From: a virus
Strand: one strand, 5' to 3'
Virus record (IMG/VR): IMGVR_UViG_3300048609_000070
DNA length: 31,197 nt
Positions 16,422 to 25,248 of the stretch are shown here, one piece after another. The position numbers and the translations under genes are program-made. A model generated the notes under the pieces. The model worked only from the letters and a program-made list of their open reading frames with translations, had not been told where the DNA came from and ran no database searches. The number at the start of each line of letters is the position of its first letter. The first letter of the stretch is position 1.

Positions 16422-17932
16422 CGGGAACCCTCCAGGTTGAAGAAGTGTTTTTTTATTCGCATTTGTTTTATTACTGCACCCGTGATACTTTGATATATTT
16501 TTAACCTTGATCTACTCTGCCTCCGAAGGCATGGCCCATGATCGATGAAGTCCACTATAACACCATACTTCTTCCCTGCAGATGCCGTCAAAGATCGCAT
16601 TTTTTGAACCGTTGGAACCTGGCTCTTGAGTCCTTCCGCATTAATAACAATATCTAAACTAGGTAAATTCAGTCCTTCTTTACCTACTGTCCCAATGATG
16701 CAGTGTAACTTTTTTTCTTGCAACGCGGAATACACTTCCCGTCTTTGCTCAGTCGGAATTACTCCTTGTAGAAATATGCTATCAGGAATAAGATCTCTGA
16801 GGACTTCCCCGTGTGCTACCCTGTTGACAGTCACGAATACTGTCTTATTTTTCTTTTTAGCTTTGCTTACAAGCGTAGTAATAAAACGGTTCCTTGGAAT
16901 GTTCCCGACAATATTTGCTTCGTATTCATCCATGTAAGAAGACATAAAATTGGCGTACCATTCCACAGGAAGATCGAAAATATAGATAAAGGGTTTGGCA
17001 AGGCGTTTTTCTTTTACCAGAACATCATAGTTAACTTTGTTTACAATAGGTCCAATGGCAGCTTCTTCATTTAGTAAGCTCTCTTTTCTCGGTGTTCCGG
17101 AAAGACCTATTTTCAGGTACACGTTTCTAAATTCTCGCATCCATTGTCTAGAAATAGTTGCGTAGGAATGGTGGCACTCATCCAGAATAAGCATCTCCGT
17201 CCGTTGGATGCATTCTTTAATTTTGTAATTTCTTTCTAGGATAGCTCCAGATGATTTATATGTACCACGATTTCTTTTTGGAGCTCCAAAGACCGCGGCA
17301 AGTGCTTCATAACTGCTTACGATGACTTCTTCTGGTTCGTACCTTGATTCGGAGAACAGTCCAATTTTACGTCCACAGTGACTGGCAAGAGCTTGTTGTG
17401 TCTGAGCAACAAGATCTCTTTTAGAGGTAATGACCCAGATCGGTTGATGGTGATCAAGCTTATTTATTATTGCGCCAATAATGGCAGTCTTTCCTGACCG
17501 AACAGGCGCTTGGATAATTCCGTACCGATACTTGAGCGCCTTTTCTACAGCTTCTTTCTGAAAGGGAAGCAGCTTAAGATCACAGGCATGCACTTCGACA
17601 TCGTTGTACTTTGGAACTCTATCGAACTTCATTTCCACGTCGTATCCAAACGATTTCAAGATCTGCTCAATTCGGTAACAGCATCCTGTTGGCGCAACCT
17701 GCGTTTTGCTCATGAGACGGACTCGACCGTCCCATCCAAATTTCCTGTGTTGGGGTGTAAACTCAAACCCAGGCATCAAAAAAGACAGTTTGTACTGTAG
17801 CTCTTTAAGATGCTCCAAGGGAAGTCTTGGAGACACCTCGCACTGCACCGGCTCGATGTAGACGATAGCACGCATGATCGATACAATACTACAAGGCTGT
17901 TTCTGTTTCTTTCGGTTTGGACATCTCTGCAA
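16403..17932 (-). CDS. Superfamily-2 DExH helicase (ResIII/XPB-like) with an N-terminal accessory domain.
   Basis: LLPFQKEAV (Q-motif-like), APVRSGKTAI (motif I), LILDECHH (motif II), LSGTP (motif III), QKMRSLTASAGK (motif VI-like). Confidence 0.8.
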   Translation of the reverse strand: MQRCPNRKKQKQPCSIVSIMRAIVYIEPVQCEVSPRLPLEHLKELQYKLSFLMPGFEFTPQHRKFGWDGRVRLMSKTQVAPTGCCYRIEQILKSFGYDVEMKFDRVPKYNDVEVHACDLKLLPFQKEAVEKALKYRYGIIQAPVRSGKTAIIGAIINKLDHHQPIWVITSKRDLVAQTQQALASHCGRKIGLFSESRYEPEEVIVSSYEALAAVFGAPKRNRGTYKSSGAILERNYKIKECIQRTEMLILDECHHSYATISRQWMREFRNVYLKIGLSGTPRKESLLNEEAAIGPIVNKVNYDVLVKEKRLAKPFIYIFDLPVEWYANFMSSYMDEYEANIVGNIPRNRFITTLVSKAKKKNKTVFVTVNRVAHGEVLRDLIPDSIFLQGVIPTEQRREVYSALQEKKLHCIIGTVGKEGLNLPSLDIVINAEGLKSQVPTVQKMRSLTASAGKKYGVIVDFIDHGPCLRRQSRSRLKIYQSITGAVIKQMRIKKHFFNLEGSRWLKRE

Positions 17933-18722
17933 CTTTCCTTCGCAAAACCTTGAGGTTATGACGACGGAGGGAATCCAGGCCCAAGTTTAGTTCTTTGAAC
18001 GTGGTACGATGGTGGTGAAAAACAAAGGTCTCTAAACTTAACATTAGTTTATACCCGTGGAAGCGCAGCCGGTGACAATACTCGTCATCGTCACCCAGTC
18101 CAATAGACATTTCCTCACAGAGAAGACCAACTTTATTAATTGTGTCCCTGCGGAAAGCACAGCAAAAGAATGAGAGAGGGAAAATACCGACGTCAAGGTA
18201 GCGCCCAGGAAAAGCAGCTTCAAGCTTTTTTACATAATGATCTACATTTTTTTCATAAATTGGAACCTTGAGTTTTGGCCAATGAACATTGAGGTTTCTT
18301 CCTTCTTGCCAAGAGATCCGACTCTGCGTGACCGGGCCAACGGCACCGACTTTAGGATCCGCAATGAGGGGCTTGATGAGTTTACTTTCCCACTTGTAAG
18401 TAACCTCGGTATCGTTGTTTAGTAAAATAATGTAGTCGCCTTCTGCTTCCTTGATCCCTTGGTTGGTTGCCTGGATAAAACCCAGGTTCCTGGAGTTCCG
18501 GATAAGTTTACAGTGAACTCTTGGCTTGTGAATCTGGTGTTTAATGGCGCTGACATTATCCGGGGTGGATCCGTTGTCTACCCAGATGATCTCGTGTGGG
18601 ATCTTAGTTCCCGATCGAATGGATTGGAGACACCGGATCGTCATGCCCGATTGGTTGATGACAGGAATGACGATGGAAATCATTGGCTTGAAACCATCTT
18701 TATACATGTTTCGGATTCCCAT
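17889..18722 (-). CDS. Family-2 (GT-A fold) glycosyltransferase.
   Basis: ISIVIPVINQ...WVDNGSTPD...LLNNDTEV (DxD-type) motifs. Confidence 0.75.
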   Translation of the reverse strand: MGIRNMYKDGFKPMISIVIPVINQSGMTIRCLQSIRSGTKIPHEIIWVDNGSTPDNVSAIKHQIHKPRVHCKLIRNSRNLGFIQATNQGIKEAEGDYIILLNNDTEVTYKWESKLIKPLIADPKVGAVGPVTQSRISWQEGRNLNVHWPKLKVPIYEKNVDHYVKKLEAAFPGRYLDVGIFPLSFFCCAFRRDTINKVGLLCEEMSIGLGDDDEYCHRLRFHGYKLMLSLETFVFHHHRTTFKELNLGLDSLRRHNLKVLRRKVAEMSKPKETETAL

Positions 18723-19437
18723 GTCTTCTTAGTTCCTGGTCCTTGAACATTCTCTGCTTTCTTGAGTCCACATTGCCCTTATGCTGTATCAGGTCCGTTG
18801 CATGAAAATAACCAATCCAGTAACCATGACGAGCAGCTGCTTTGCTGATCATGTAGTCTACTCCATATTTTACTCCGTGTGGGTGTCCCCCAACTTTCAA
18901 AAAGACATCTTTTTTGCAGAGTCGGCATGCACCATTGACTAGCCACCTGTCCGGGTGATAGCTCACATAGACGGTCTCGCTGCTTCGAAGAGGATAGGTC
19001 TTGCCTCTTTCCCCCGAGTAGAGCTTCTTTCCTGACCGAAGCGCAAAGGAGCTGGTCCTCCAGGGCATGTCCCAGCTCAGGAAAGCCAGCTTCTGCTCGT
19101 TGACTTCTTCGTATGCTTCAACAATCCTCTTTGCAAAATCCGGTGGAGGAAGTATGTCGTCATCGATCTTGATAAGGTACTTCCCTCTTGCTTTCCGTGC
19201 CAGGAAGTTTATAGCCTCGACACCATAGTTTACTTCAGAACTATGGATAAAAGACACGTTGGAGTTTAGGTTTTTGTAGTCACAGAGCCAATCGAAGGTT
19301 CCATCTTCTGAAGCATTGTCCCAAACTAAGATTTCATGCTTTATTTTGCCAGTGAGAATTCCAATGGCAGGAACGTATTCCGAGGAGATCTTTATTCGGT
19401 TGTGCGTAAGGATAAGCAGAGAAACGAGAGGTGCCAC
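18700..19437 (-). CDS. Family-2 (GT-A fold) glycosyltransferase.
   Basis: VSLLILTHNR...LVWDNASEDGT...KIDDDILPPP motifs. Confidence 0.7.
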   Translation of the reverse strand: MAPLVSLLILTHNRIKISSEYVPAIGILTGKIKHEILVWDNASEDGTFDWLCDYKNLNSNVSFIHSSEVNYGVEAINFLARKARGKYLIKIDDDILPPPDFAKRIVEAYEEVNEQKLAFLSWDMPWRTSSFALRSGKKLYSGERGKTYPLRSSETVYVSYHPDRWLVNGACRLCKKDVFLKVGGHPHGVKYGVDYMISKAAARHGYWIGYFHATDLIQHKGNVDSRKQRMFKDQELRRHGNPKHV

Positions 19438-19438
19438 A

Positions 19439-19996
19439 CTATTTGATCCCTTCCAAATTCAGGCTAATCAAAGTGCCATTTTCTTTATCCAGATGCGGAA
19501 GGTACGATTGAGAGTAGTCGTCAAAACCAGAGAGCTCTCCAGAGAAAACCTCTCTCCAGTTCCAAGGACGTACTGTAGAAAATTCTGCTTTATAAAGAAC
19601 CTCGCTTAGTTTTTCTTTATCGTAGATTGCTTTGTGATTGACGATAGTAGCTTTATCTATAGCCCAACGTCCATAAATCGGTCCTGATACGAGGCTGACC
19701 ATTTTATACTGCAAGTATACTTTTGCAAGCGCTTCAAAATCAGGAACGGCAAGTCGAAGAATGCCTTTTGGCTGTAATTTAGAGTGCCACTCGTGAAGAA
19801 CGAATTTGACCTCCTCATCGTCGAAATACTCAAGGACGTGAGAAGCGTAAATGATCTCAACCGATCCATTTTCGATCATGGGAAGCTGTCTCAGATCATG
19901 GACGAAATCTATGTGAGGGTAGTGACTAAGATCGATATGTTTATATCCTGGAAGGTATCGTTTTCCGCAACCGAGATGAAGTTTGATGTTTTCCAT
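19439..19996 (-). CDS. Class I SAM-dependent methyltransferase.
   Basis: Motif I LHLGCGKRYLPGY. Acidic post-I HIDL. VEIIYASHVLEYF motif. Confidence 0.6.
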   Translation of the reverse strand: MENIKLHLGCGKRYLPGYKHIDLSHYPHIDFVHDLRQLPMIENGSVEIIYASHVLEYFDDEEVKFVLHEWHSKLQPKGILRLAVPDFEALAKVYLQYKMVSLVSGPIYGRWAIDKATIVNHKAIYDKEKLSEVLYKAEFSTVRPWNWREVFSGELSGFDDYSQSYLPHLDKENGTLISLNLEGIK

Positions 19997-19998
19997 TT

Positions 19999-21072
19999 TT
20001 AGCTTTCAAAGAATTCGTTTATTTTTGTACAAACAAACAGGATTTGTTCTTCTGTGAGATCTAAGGAAGAGGGAAGCCACAAGCCTCTTGGTGCTATATT
20101 TTCTGCAACAGGGAGACAAGTTTTCGAGTCAAAGTATACAGGTTGTTTATGAATAGGCGGATAGAATGAACGGCTACTAATCTCAAAACCTTTTAGATGA
20201 TTGATAAGCTTGTCCCGTAACATTTCTGTTGGACATAGGATATCGACGAACCAAGGAACTTCTTCTTTATTCATTGGAGCAATCGTTACTTTTTTAGTAA
20301 GGTTCTTTGCATATGTTTCAAAGATCTGTCTTTTCTTTGCTTTTCTCCATTCAATACTTTTGAGTTGGGTTCGTCCAAGCACTGCTTGCAAATCTGTAAA
20401 CTTGAAATTGTAGCCCATAGACGTATGCCAGTCAACACCTGGAGCGGATCTTCCAAAATCTTTGATTTGGCGGATCCGTTCGTAGATTACTTTATTATTA
20501 GTAACGACCAGACCCCCTTGACCCGTTGTAATAATCTTGTGAGGAGTTAACGAATAAACGCCTACCAGTCCAAAGGTTCCAAGATATTGGCCATCCACGC
20601 AAGACCCAAATGCCTGGCATGCGTCTTCGATCAAGATAAGATCTTTGGCTTTGCAATACTGAACAATAGACTTTATGTCCCCGCTCCTTCCATTGAGAGG
20701 GACATAGAGTACCGCCTTACAGTATTTTGGCGGGTAGCAGCTAAGAACATCCATCGTGAAGTCATCTGACCGAATGTCCACGAGCGTTGGGAGAGCATAG
20801 GCCCACCGTACAGCATTTGCCGTGGCTATCATCGTGAGTCCAGGAACGAGGACGATATCTCCAGGTTGGATTCCACAGGCCAGAAGGGCCACATACAGGC
20901 CCACGGTGCCGCTCGTGACTGCCACGCAATAGCGCACCCCAAGATAGTTGGCAACGTCTTCCTCGAAGGCTGCTGTTTCTTTATGTTCTGTAAGCCATTT
21001 ATTGCAGCGCAGGTAGTCCGTGATGGCTGAAACTTCATCTTCTCCGTAGACAGGGTGGATTTGATCGATCAC
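19999..21072 (-). CDS. DegT/DnrJ/EryC1/StrS-family PLP-dependent sugar aminotransferase.
   Basis: DACQAFGS and SLTPHKIITTGQGG (PLP-binding Lys). The fold-type I pattern runs the full length. GTG start in a GTGA overlap with the upstream cupin stop. Confidence 0.85.
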   Translation of the reverse strand: MIDQIHPVYGEDEVSAITDYLRCNKWLTEHKETAAFEEDVANYLGVRYCVAVTSGTVGLYVALLACGIQPGDIVLVPGLTMIATANAVRWAYALPTLVDIRSDDFTMDVLSCYPPKYCKAVLYVPLNGRSGDIKSIVQYCKAKDLILIEDACQAFGSCVDGQYLGTFGLVGVYSLTPHKIITTGQGGLVVTNNKVIYERIRQIKDFGRSAPGVDWHTSMGYNFKFTDLQAVLGRTQLKSIEWRKAKKRQIFETYAKNLTKKVTIAPMNKEEVPWFVDILCPTEMLRDKLINHLKGFEISSRSFYPPIHKQPVYFDSKTCLPVAENIAPRGLWLPSSLDLTEEQILFVCTKINEFFES

Positions 21073-21099
21073 AGTAATTCTCTTTCTTCGTCATCATTA
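21066..21099 (-). repeat. 34-nt direct repeat, copy A (cgatcacagtaattctctttcttcgtcatcatta), at the 3' end of cupin paralog 1.
   Basis: 33/34 identical to copy B. The surrounding gene sequence is only ~60% identical. Confidence 0.7.
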
Positions 21100-21476
21100 T
21101 CTACTTCATAAGGTCCGGGTTTCACCTCTAGTAATTTAGTTTCATTAGCACGCACGGTATAGCCTACTCCACCATTGTATAGTATGTAGAACTCTCCAGC
21201 TTGTAAATTTCGTGTGTCTACCAGGGTCTTACCTTTCTCTGAAAATGTACGAACTTCTACTGATCCTTTGAGTACAATAAGTATCTCTTCCGTCTTGTTT
21301 ATTTGACGTTTACGTTCTATGTGTCTATGATCTCGCAGGATCTTTCCAGAATTATACCAGAATGCTCCAACTTGAATAGCATTTTTTTTCGATCCATAAA
21401 AGGTTAGTCCCGGCTCAAAATTATTTATATCATCTACGATAGCAAGCAATGTCCCTTTGTGTTTAATTTCTTGCAT
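21069..21476 (-). CDS. Cupin-fold sugar-nucleotide ketoisomerase-like protein (FdtA/QdtA/WxcM C-terminal-domain family), paralog 1.
   Basis: 135 aa. HRHIERKRQ...ILIVLKGSVEV cupin His motif. About 50% identical to the C-terminal domain of the next gene, with an identical ...NDDEERELL C-terminus. Confidence 0.65.
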   Translation of the reverse strand: MQEIKHKGTLLAIVDDINNFEPGLTFYGSKKNAIQVGAFWYNSGKILRDHRHIERKRQINKTEEILIVLKGSVEVRTFSEKGKTLVDTRNLQAGEFYILYNGGVGYTVRANETKLLEVKPGPYEVDNDDEERELL

Positions 21477-21575
21477 TTGTTTCTTCCTCCATGACGCTCG
21501 CTACCATTTCATCTACGATCTGTGGCAATTTGATCTGAGGTTCCTTCTTATTCCCATTAAGAAGAACATACCCGA
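21477..21575 (-). pseudogene. Degenerate relic of a GDP-mannose dehydratase 3' end, sitting between the fusion gene and cupin paralog 1.
   Basis: On the minus strand it translates open as ...NGNKKEPQIKLPQIVDEMVASVMEEETNARN*. Compare the intact GMD C-terminus GWEPKTKIQDLIDEMVRSVMLEEQNS*. Its stop overlaps the following cupin start, exactly as in the intact GMD/next-gene junction. Confidence 0.5.
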
Positions 21576-21596
21576 TCACAGTAATTCTCTCTCTTC
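21563..21596 (-). repeat. 34-nt direct repeat, copy B, at the 3' end of the cupin domain of the fusion gene.
   Basis: cgatcacagtaattctctctcttcgtcatcatta. One mismatch to copy A. Confidence 0.7.
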
Positions 21597-22538
21597 GTCA
21601 TCATTATTTACAATGAATGGTCCATTCTTTATTTCTAGCATGCGTGTATCATCTTCTAATACGGTAAATCCTACTCCTCCATTATACGATACATAGAAGC
21701 TTCCAGCTTTTAGTATTCTGGTATCTATCAGATCTTTCCCAGTTGGTGCAAATGTCCGTGCTTCGCAGGATCCTTGCATTACAATTAATATCTCTTGAGT
21801 TTTTTTCGCGATTCGTTGCCGTTCAATATGTCGATGGTTTCTGAGAACTTTTCCTTTACCATAACAAAATTGTCCTACTTGGATGTTATCCTCGCGTTTT
21901 CCGTAAAATGATAATCCAGGTGCAAAGTTTTTTATATCATCTATGATTGCCAGTAACACGTCTTCGTGAACGATTTCGATTATTGGGCTAGACACATCTT
22001 TCTCTTTCGGTTTAACTAAAAATACATCCTGTTTTCTAGTTCCATCTTTGTTAAAAGGATCATTAATAATTCCCCTGATTTCAATCTTTTTGTTATATTT
22101 TTTACAAATGGTTATTAAGTTCTTCTGCATGACATCGTAAGTTGCTATAATTTTATTATAGTTAGGATCGGTAATATGGAAATATGTAAAATAAAAGCTA
22201 TCAAAGTTTTGTAGCACATCATTAATAAATTTGACTGGGTTGTCCAGATACTCTAGCAAACCTAGCGCTATGGCAATTCTTTGGGACTGTTCTCCTTTAA
22301 ACTCAGATGGGAATTTAGTATTTAAATCGTAGAATATCACAGTATCGTTCTGTTTAACCATGTCAATCCCAAAGTATTGTTGACCGCTAAGACATTTCTG
22401 TATTTCGCAAAAGCCACAACCAAAGTCATAAACGTATTTATATGAAAGTCTATTTATTAACTTTGCAAAGAATTCAGCTCTATACTTCCATATTTCTGCA
22501 TGTGACATTATTTTTCCTTTACGAATTTTGCTCCTCAA
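21576..22538 (-). CDS. Fusion protein: N-terminal class I SAM methyltransferase plus C-terminal FdtA-like cupin ketoisomerase domain (paralog 2).
   Basis: N-terminal VYDFGCGFC (motif I), GIDM, IAIALGLLEYL. The C-terminal ~135 aa align to the upstream cupin including the HRHIERQR motif and the NDDEERELL end. The start may be the second Met (11-nt overlap with gmd). Confidence 0.65.
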   Translation of the reverse strand: MRSKIRKGKIMSHAEIWKYRAEFFAKLINRLSYKYVYDFGCGFCEIQKCLSGQQYFGIDMVKQNDTVIFYDLNTKFPSEFKGEQSQRIAIALGLLEYLDNPVKFINDVLQNFDSFYFTYFHITDPNYNKIIATYDVMQKNLITICKKYNKKIEIRGIINDPFNKDGTRKQDVFLVKPKEKDVSSPIIEIVHEDVLLAIIDDIKNFAPGLSFYGKREDNIQVGQFCYGKGKVLRNHRHIERQRIAKKTQEILIVMQGSCEARTFAPTGKDLIDTRILKAGSFYVSYNGGVGFTVLEDDTRMLEIKNGPFIVNNDDEERELL

Positions 22539-23490
22539 GCATTACTGAACGCACCATTTCATCTATGAGATCTTGAATCTTAGTTTTTGGTTCCCAGCCT
22601 AGAACTCTTTTTATTTTTTCTGGGTTACCTAGCAATTCAGGAACTTCTTTTGGACGTTTATAACGGTCTTCTATCCTTACATATTTTTTCCAATCTAAGC
22701 CAAGATACGCAAAAACTTTTTCTAAGAACTCTTTTACAGAGTAGCATTCCCCTGTTGCAACAACAAAATCATCTGGAACCGAGTGCATTATTATTTTGTA
22801 TACAGCTTCCATATATTCCTTGCTTGAACCCCAATCTCTTTTTGCTTCTAAATTACCTAATGTAATATCTTTTTGTTTTCCTAGTTTTATCCGTACTGCA
22901 GCCCTGACTATTTTCTTCTCTACAAATGTCTCCCCACGTCTTGGTCCGCAATGATTGAAAAGGATTCCATTCGATGCAAACAATCCATAGCCATCTCTAT
23001 ATGTACGAACCATCCAGTACGCCGCGAGTTTTGCAATACCGTAGGGGCTACATGGAACAAATTGAGTATTTTCGTTTTGTGGCGGTGGTGACATTCCAAA
23101 TTGTTCACTCGAAGATGCATGATAAATTCTTACCTTGTTTTTCCATCCTAAATTTCTAATAGCTTCAAGAATACGAGTTGGACCAACTGCATTGGTATCC
23201 ATTGTATAGATAGGAACATCAAAGGATACCCGCACATGACTCATTGACGCCATATTAAAAATTATATCTGGATTTATATCATGTAGGACCGTTTCAATAT
23301 TTCCTGTAAGATCTCCATAAACAAGTTTTATTTTTTCAGTAGGAAGAAGCAGATGATCAATTCTTGTGGTATTTATAGAACTAGATCTTCGGACGATTCC
23401 GTATACCTCATAGCCTTTTTCTAGTAGCAGCTCAGCTAAGTAGCTTCCATCTTGGCCATTAATACCCGTAACGAGCGCACGATTAGTCAT
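22519..23490 (-). CDS. gmd: GDP-mannose 4,6-dehydratase.
   Basis: ALVTGINGQDGSYLAELLLEKGYEVYGIVRRSS N-terminus. SSSEQFG, YGIAKLAAYW (YxxxK), and ILFNHCGPRRGETFVEKKI (the GMD NHESPRRGETFVTRKI box). Confidence 0.9.
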   Translation of the reverse strand: MTNRALVTGINGQDGSYLAELLLEKGYEVYGIVRRSSSINTTRIDHLLLPTEKIKLVYGDLTGNIETVLHDINPDIIFNMASMSHVRVSFDVPIYTMDTNAVGPTRILEAIRNLGWKNKVRIYHASSSEQFGMSPPPQNENTQFVPCSPYGIAKLAAYWMVRTYRDGYGLFASNGILFNHCGPRRGETFVEKKIVRAAVRIKLGKQKDITLGNLEAKRDWGSSKEYMEAVYKIIMHSVPDDFVVATGECYSVKEFLEKVFAYLGLDWKKYVRIEDRYKRPKEVPELLGNPEKIKRVLGWEPKTKIQDLIDEMVRSVMLEEQNS

Positions 23491-23493
23491 TCT

Positions 23494-24246
23494 TTACCTC
23501 GATCCCCAGTTTTGTTCAAGATTTGCAACAAGAACAAATTTCTTTGCCATATCCTGAAACATATATTCATTCCTTAACCGGTATTCCTTATTGAAGTACG
23601 CTTTATCCCTTGAATGCGGAAGGTGAACCATCGAAGTTACATTATTTATTCGTACTTCTTGGTATCCACAATATTGTGCCCGGATAAATAGATTCTTGTC
23701 TTCAAATCCCCAGCCAATATATCTTTCGTCGTGGCCATGCACATCTATAAGCCAATTTCTATCTAAGGCATTACAACACCCTTCTCCATGCGGAGGTTTC
23801 TTAGCTTTTTTTGCAAGATCCAACAATACTTTGTATGTCTCATTCGTATATGTTTTTGGTTCTACACCTGATGGAAGCCCGTACAAGAAATATGTATAGC
23901 ACATTACGAATGATTTATGAGTAACGACTTTTTTATAAACTTCTAAAAAGAAATTAGGAGCAAAAATTTGATCTGCATCTGTCATACAAATGTATGTTGT
24001 TCTTGCTTCTTTTATGCCAATATTTAACGCACGTGTTTTATGAAAAATAGCTGTATTTCTGTCTACCCGCACAACTTTGACCCATGGGTATTCTTTTACA
24101 ACAACTGGAGTGCTACTTCCAAAATCCACAATGAGTAATTTTGGACGAGGAACGCATAAAGAAATAGATTTTATGCAAAATTCAAGATTTAATCTCCGAT
24201 CTTTGCATGCAATAACTGCAGTCAAATCTAGATCATTTAAATCCAT
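23494..24246 (-). CDS. GT-A-fold glycosyltransferase (GT2/GT7-like).
   Basis: ICMTDADQIF DxD motif. C-terminal IGWGFEDKNLFIR resembles the WGxEDxD box of galactosyltransferase-like GT-A enzymes. Confidence 0.65.
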   Translation of the reverse strand: MDLNDLDLTAVIACKDRRLNLEFCIKSISLCVPRPKLLIVDFGSSTPVVVKEYPWVKVVRVDRNTAIFHKTRALNIGIKEARTTYICMTDADQIFAPNFFLEVYKKVVTHKSFVMCYTYFLYGLPSGVEPKTYTNETYKVLLDLAKKAKKPPHGEGCCNALDRNWLIDVHGHDERYIGWGFEDKNLFIRAQYCGYQEVRINNVTSMVHLPHSRDKAYFNKEYRLRNEYMFQDMAKKFVLVANLEQNWGSR

Positions 24247-25246
24247 TTTCTGAAAGGACGTTCAGTAATTGTCTAGCACGGTTTTGGTAAGTATGACTTT
24301 TAAGAGTTTTTACTCTGCCATTAACCCCAATCCGTAATCTTTCTTCTGGTCTTGCCATGTAATATTTTGCTTTTTTTACAAAGTCATTACAATCATCAAA
24401 AAAAACTACATCCTTCTCATTCTCAAATACTTTCTCAAGCCCTGGATTTTTGTCCAGCATGAGAAATCCTGCAACACCCATTATAATAGGAACTCGGTCA
24501 TTCAGATACATATCTGCTTTTATAACATGATTAGACATATTTATTCTTGAACGGCAATAATGTTCATGAACAGTTGTCCATAATGTTTCTCCTTTATAAT
24601 ACTGCGATAGTAAAGAACTTCCAGAAATAAAAGGTTTTCCATTCCTTGCAATTGTTTTGTCCGCTACCCAAAGATGATTACCATATAGCTCTATGTTTTT
24701 TATTCCTTCTCTGATAAGACCGAATACGGCGTCTTTTCTTGCCATTTTTGTACACACATAGGGTGTTCCAACAAATACGAAGTCCACTTTATCTTCTTCT
24801 TTGACGTATGTATATTGTCTCGCCGAGCTGTCAAAAGCAGGCCAAAATAAGTATGGTTTGAGACCGACTTTCGTATAAGATGGGAATGACTCTTTCGCAC
24901 ATGTTAGCGCAATTCTGAATCCGGCATACAAATGATTACTCATGAATGCTGGTACAAAAAATGGATCATCTTGTGACCAATAAACAGACATTCCAACATT
25001 TTTATTTATCCATTTTGCTATTTCAAGGTCTATTTTGAATTTAGGTTTTAATGCTTTTGTAGCGAAATAAACATCTGGTTTTGTTCTAATTATTTCTTTC
25101 TTAAGGACTTCACTGTACTTTTTTCCTCCGTCTTTACAATCCAAATAATGTAACCATACAGCATTATGATCAAGAACTTCATGACCCATTGTCTTTAGTG
25201 TACTTACCATTTCTGGGTAAGATCCACCATTAAAGAAAAATTTCAC
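24233..25246 (-). CDS. CgeB-like (Glyco_trans_1_2 family) glycosyltransferase.
   Basis: C-terminal ...VFFDDCNDFVKKAKYYMARPEERLRIGVNGRVKTLKSHTYQNRARQLL matches the CgeB-family signature (...HTYxxR...). Soluble, no transmembrane segment. Confidence 0.6.
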   Translation of the reverse strand: MKFFFNGGSYPEMVSTLKTMGHEVLDHNAVWLHYLDCKDGGKKYSEVLKKEIIRTKPDVYFATKALKPKFKIDLEIAKWINKNVGMSVYWSQDDPFFVPAFMSNHLYAGFRIALTCAKESFPSYTKVGLKPYLFWPAFDSSARQYTYVKEEDKVDFVFVGTPYVCTKMARKDAVFGLIREGIKNIELYGNHLWVADKTIARNGKPFISGSSLLSQYYKGETLWTTVHEHYCRSRINMSNHVIKADMYLNDRVPIIMGVAGFLMLDKNPGLEKVFENEKDVVFFDDCNDFVKKAKYYMARPEERLRIGVNGRVKTLKSHTYQNRARQLLNVLSENGFK

Positions 25247-25248
25247 TA

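Noticed and set aside
15882-16493. 203-aa plus-strand ORF.
   Set aside because: It lies completely antisense to the 181-aa and 509-aa minus-strand genes, which themselves overlap in operon fashion. There is no ribosome-binding site, and the composition is odd.
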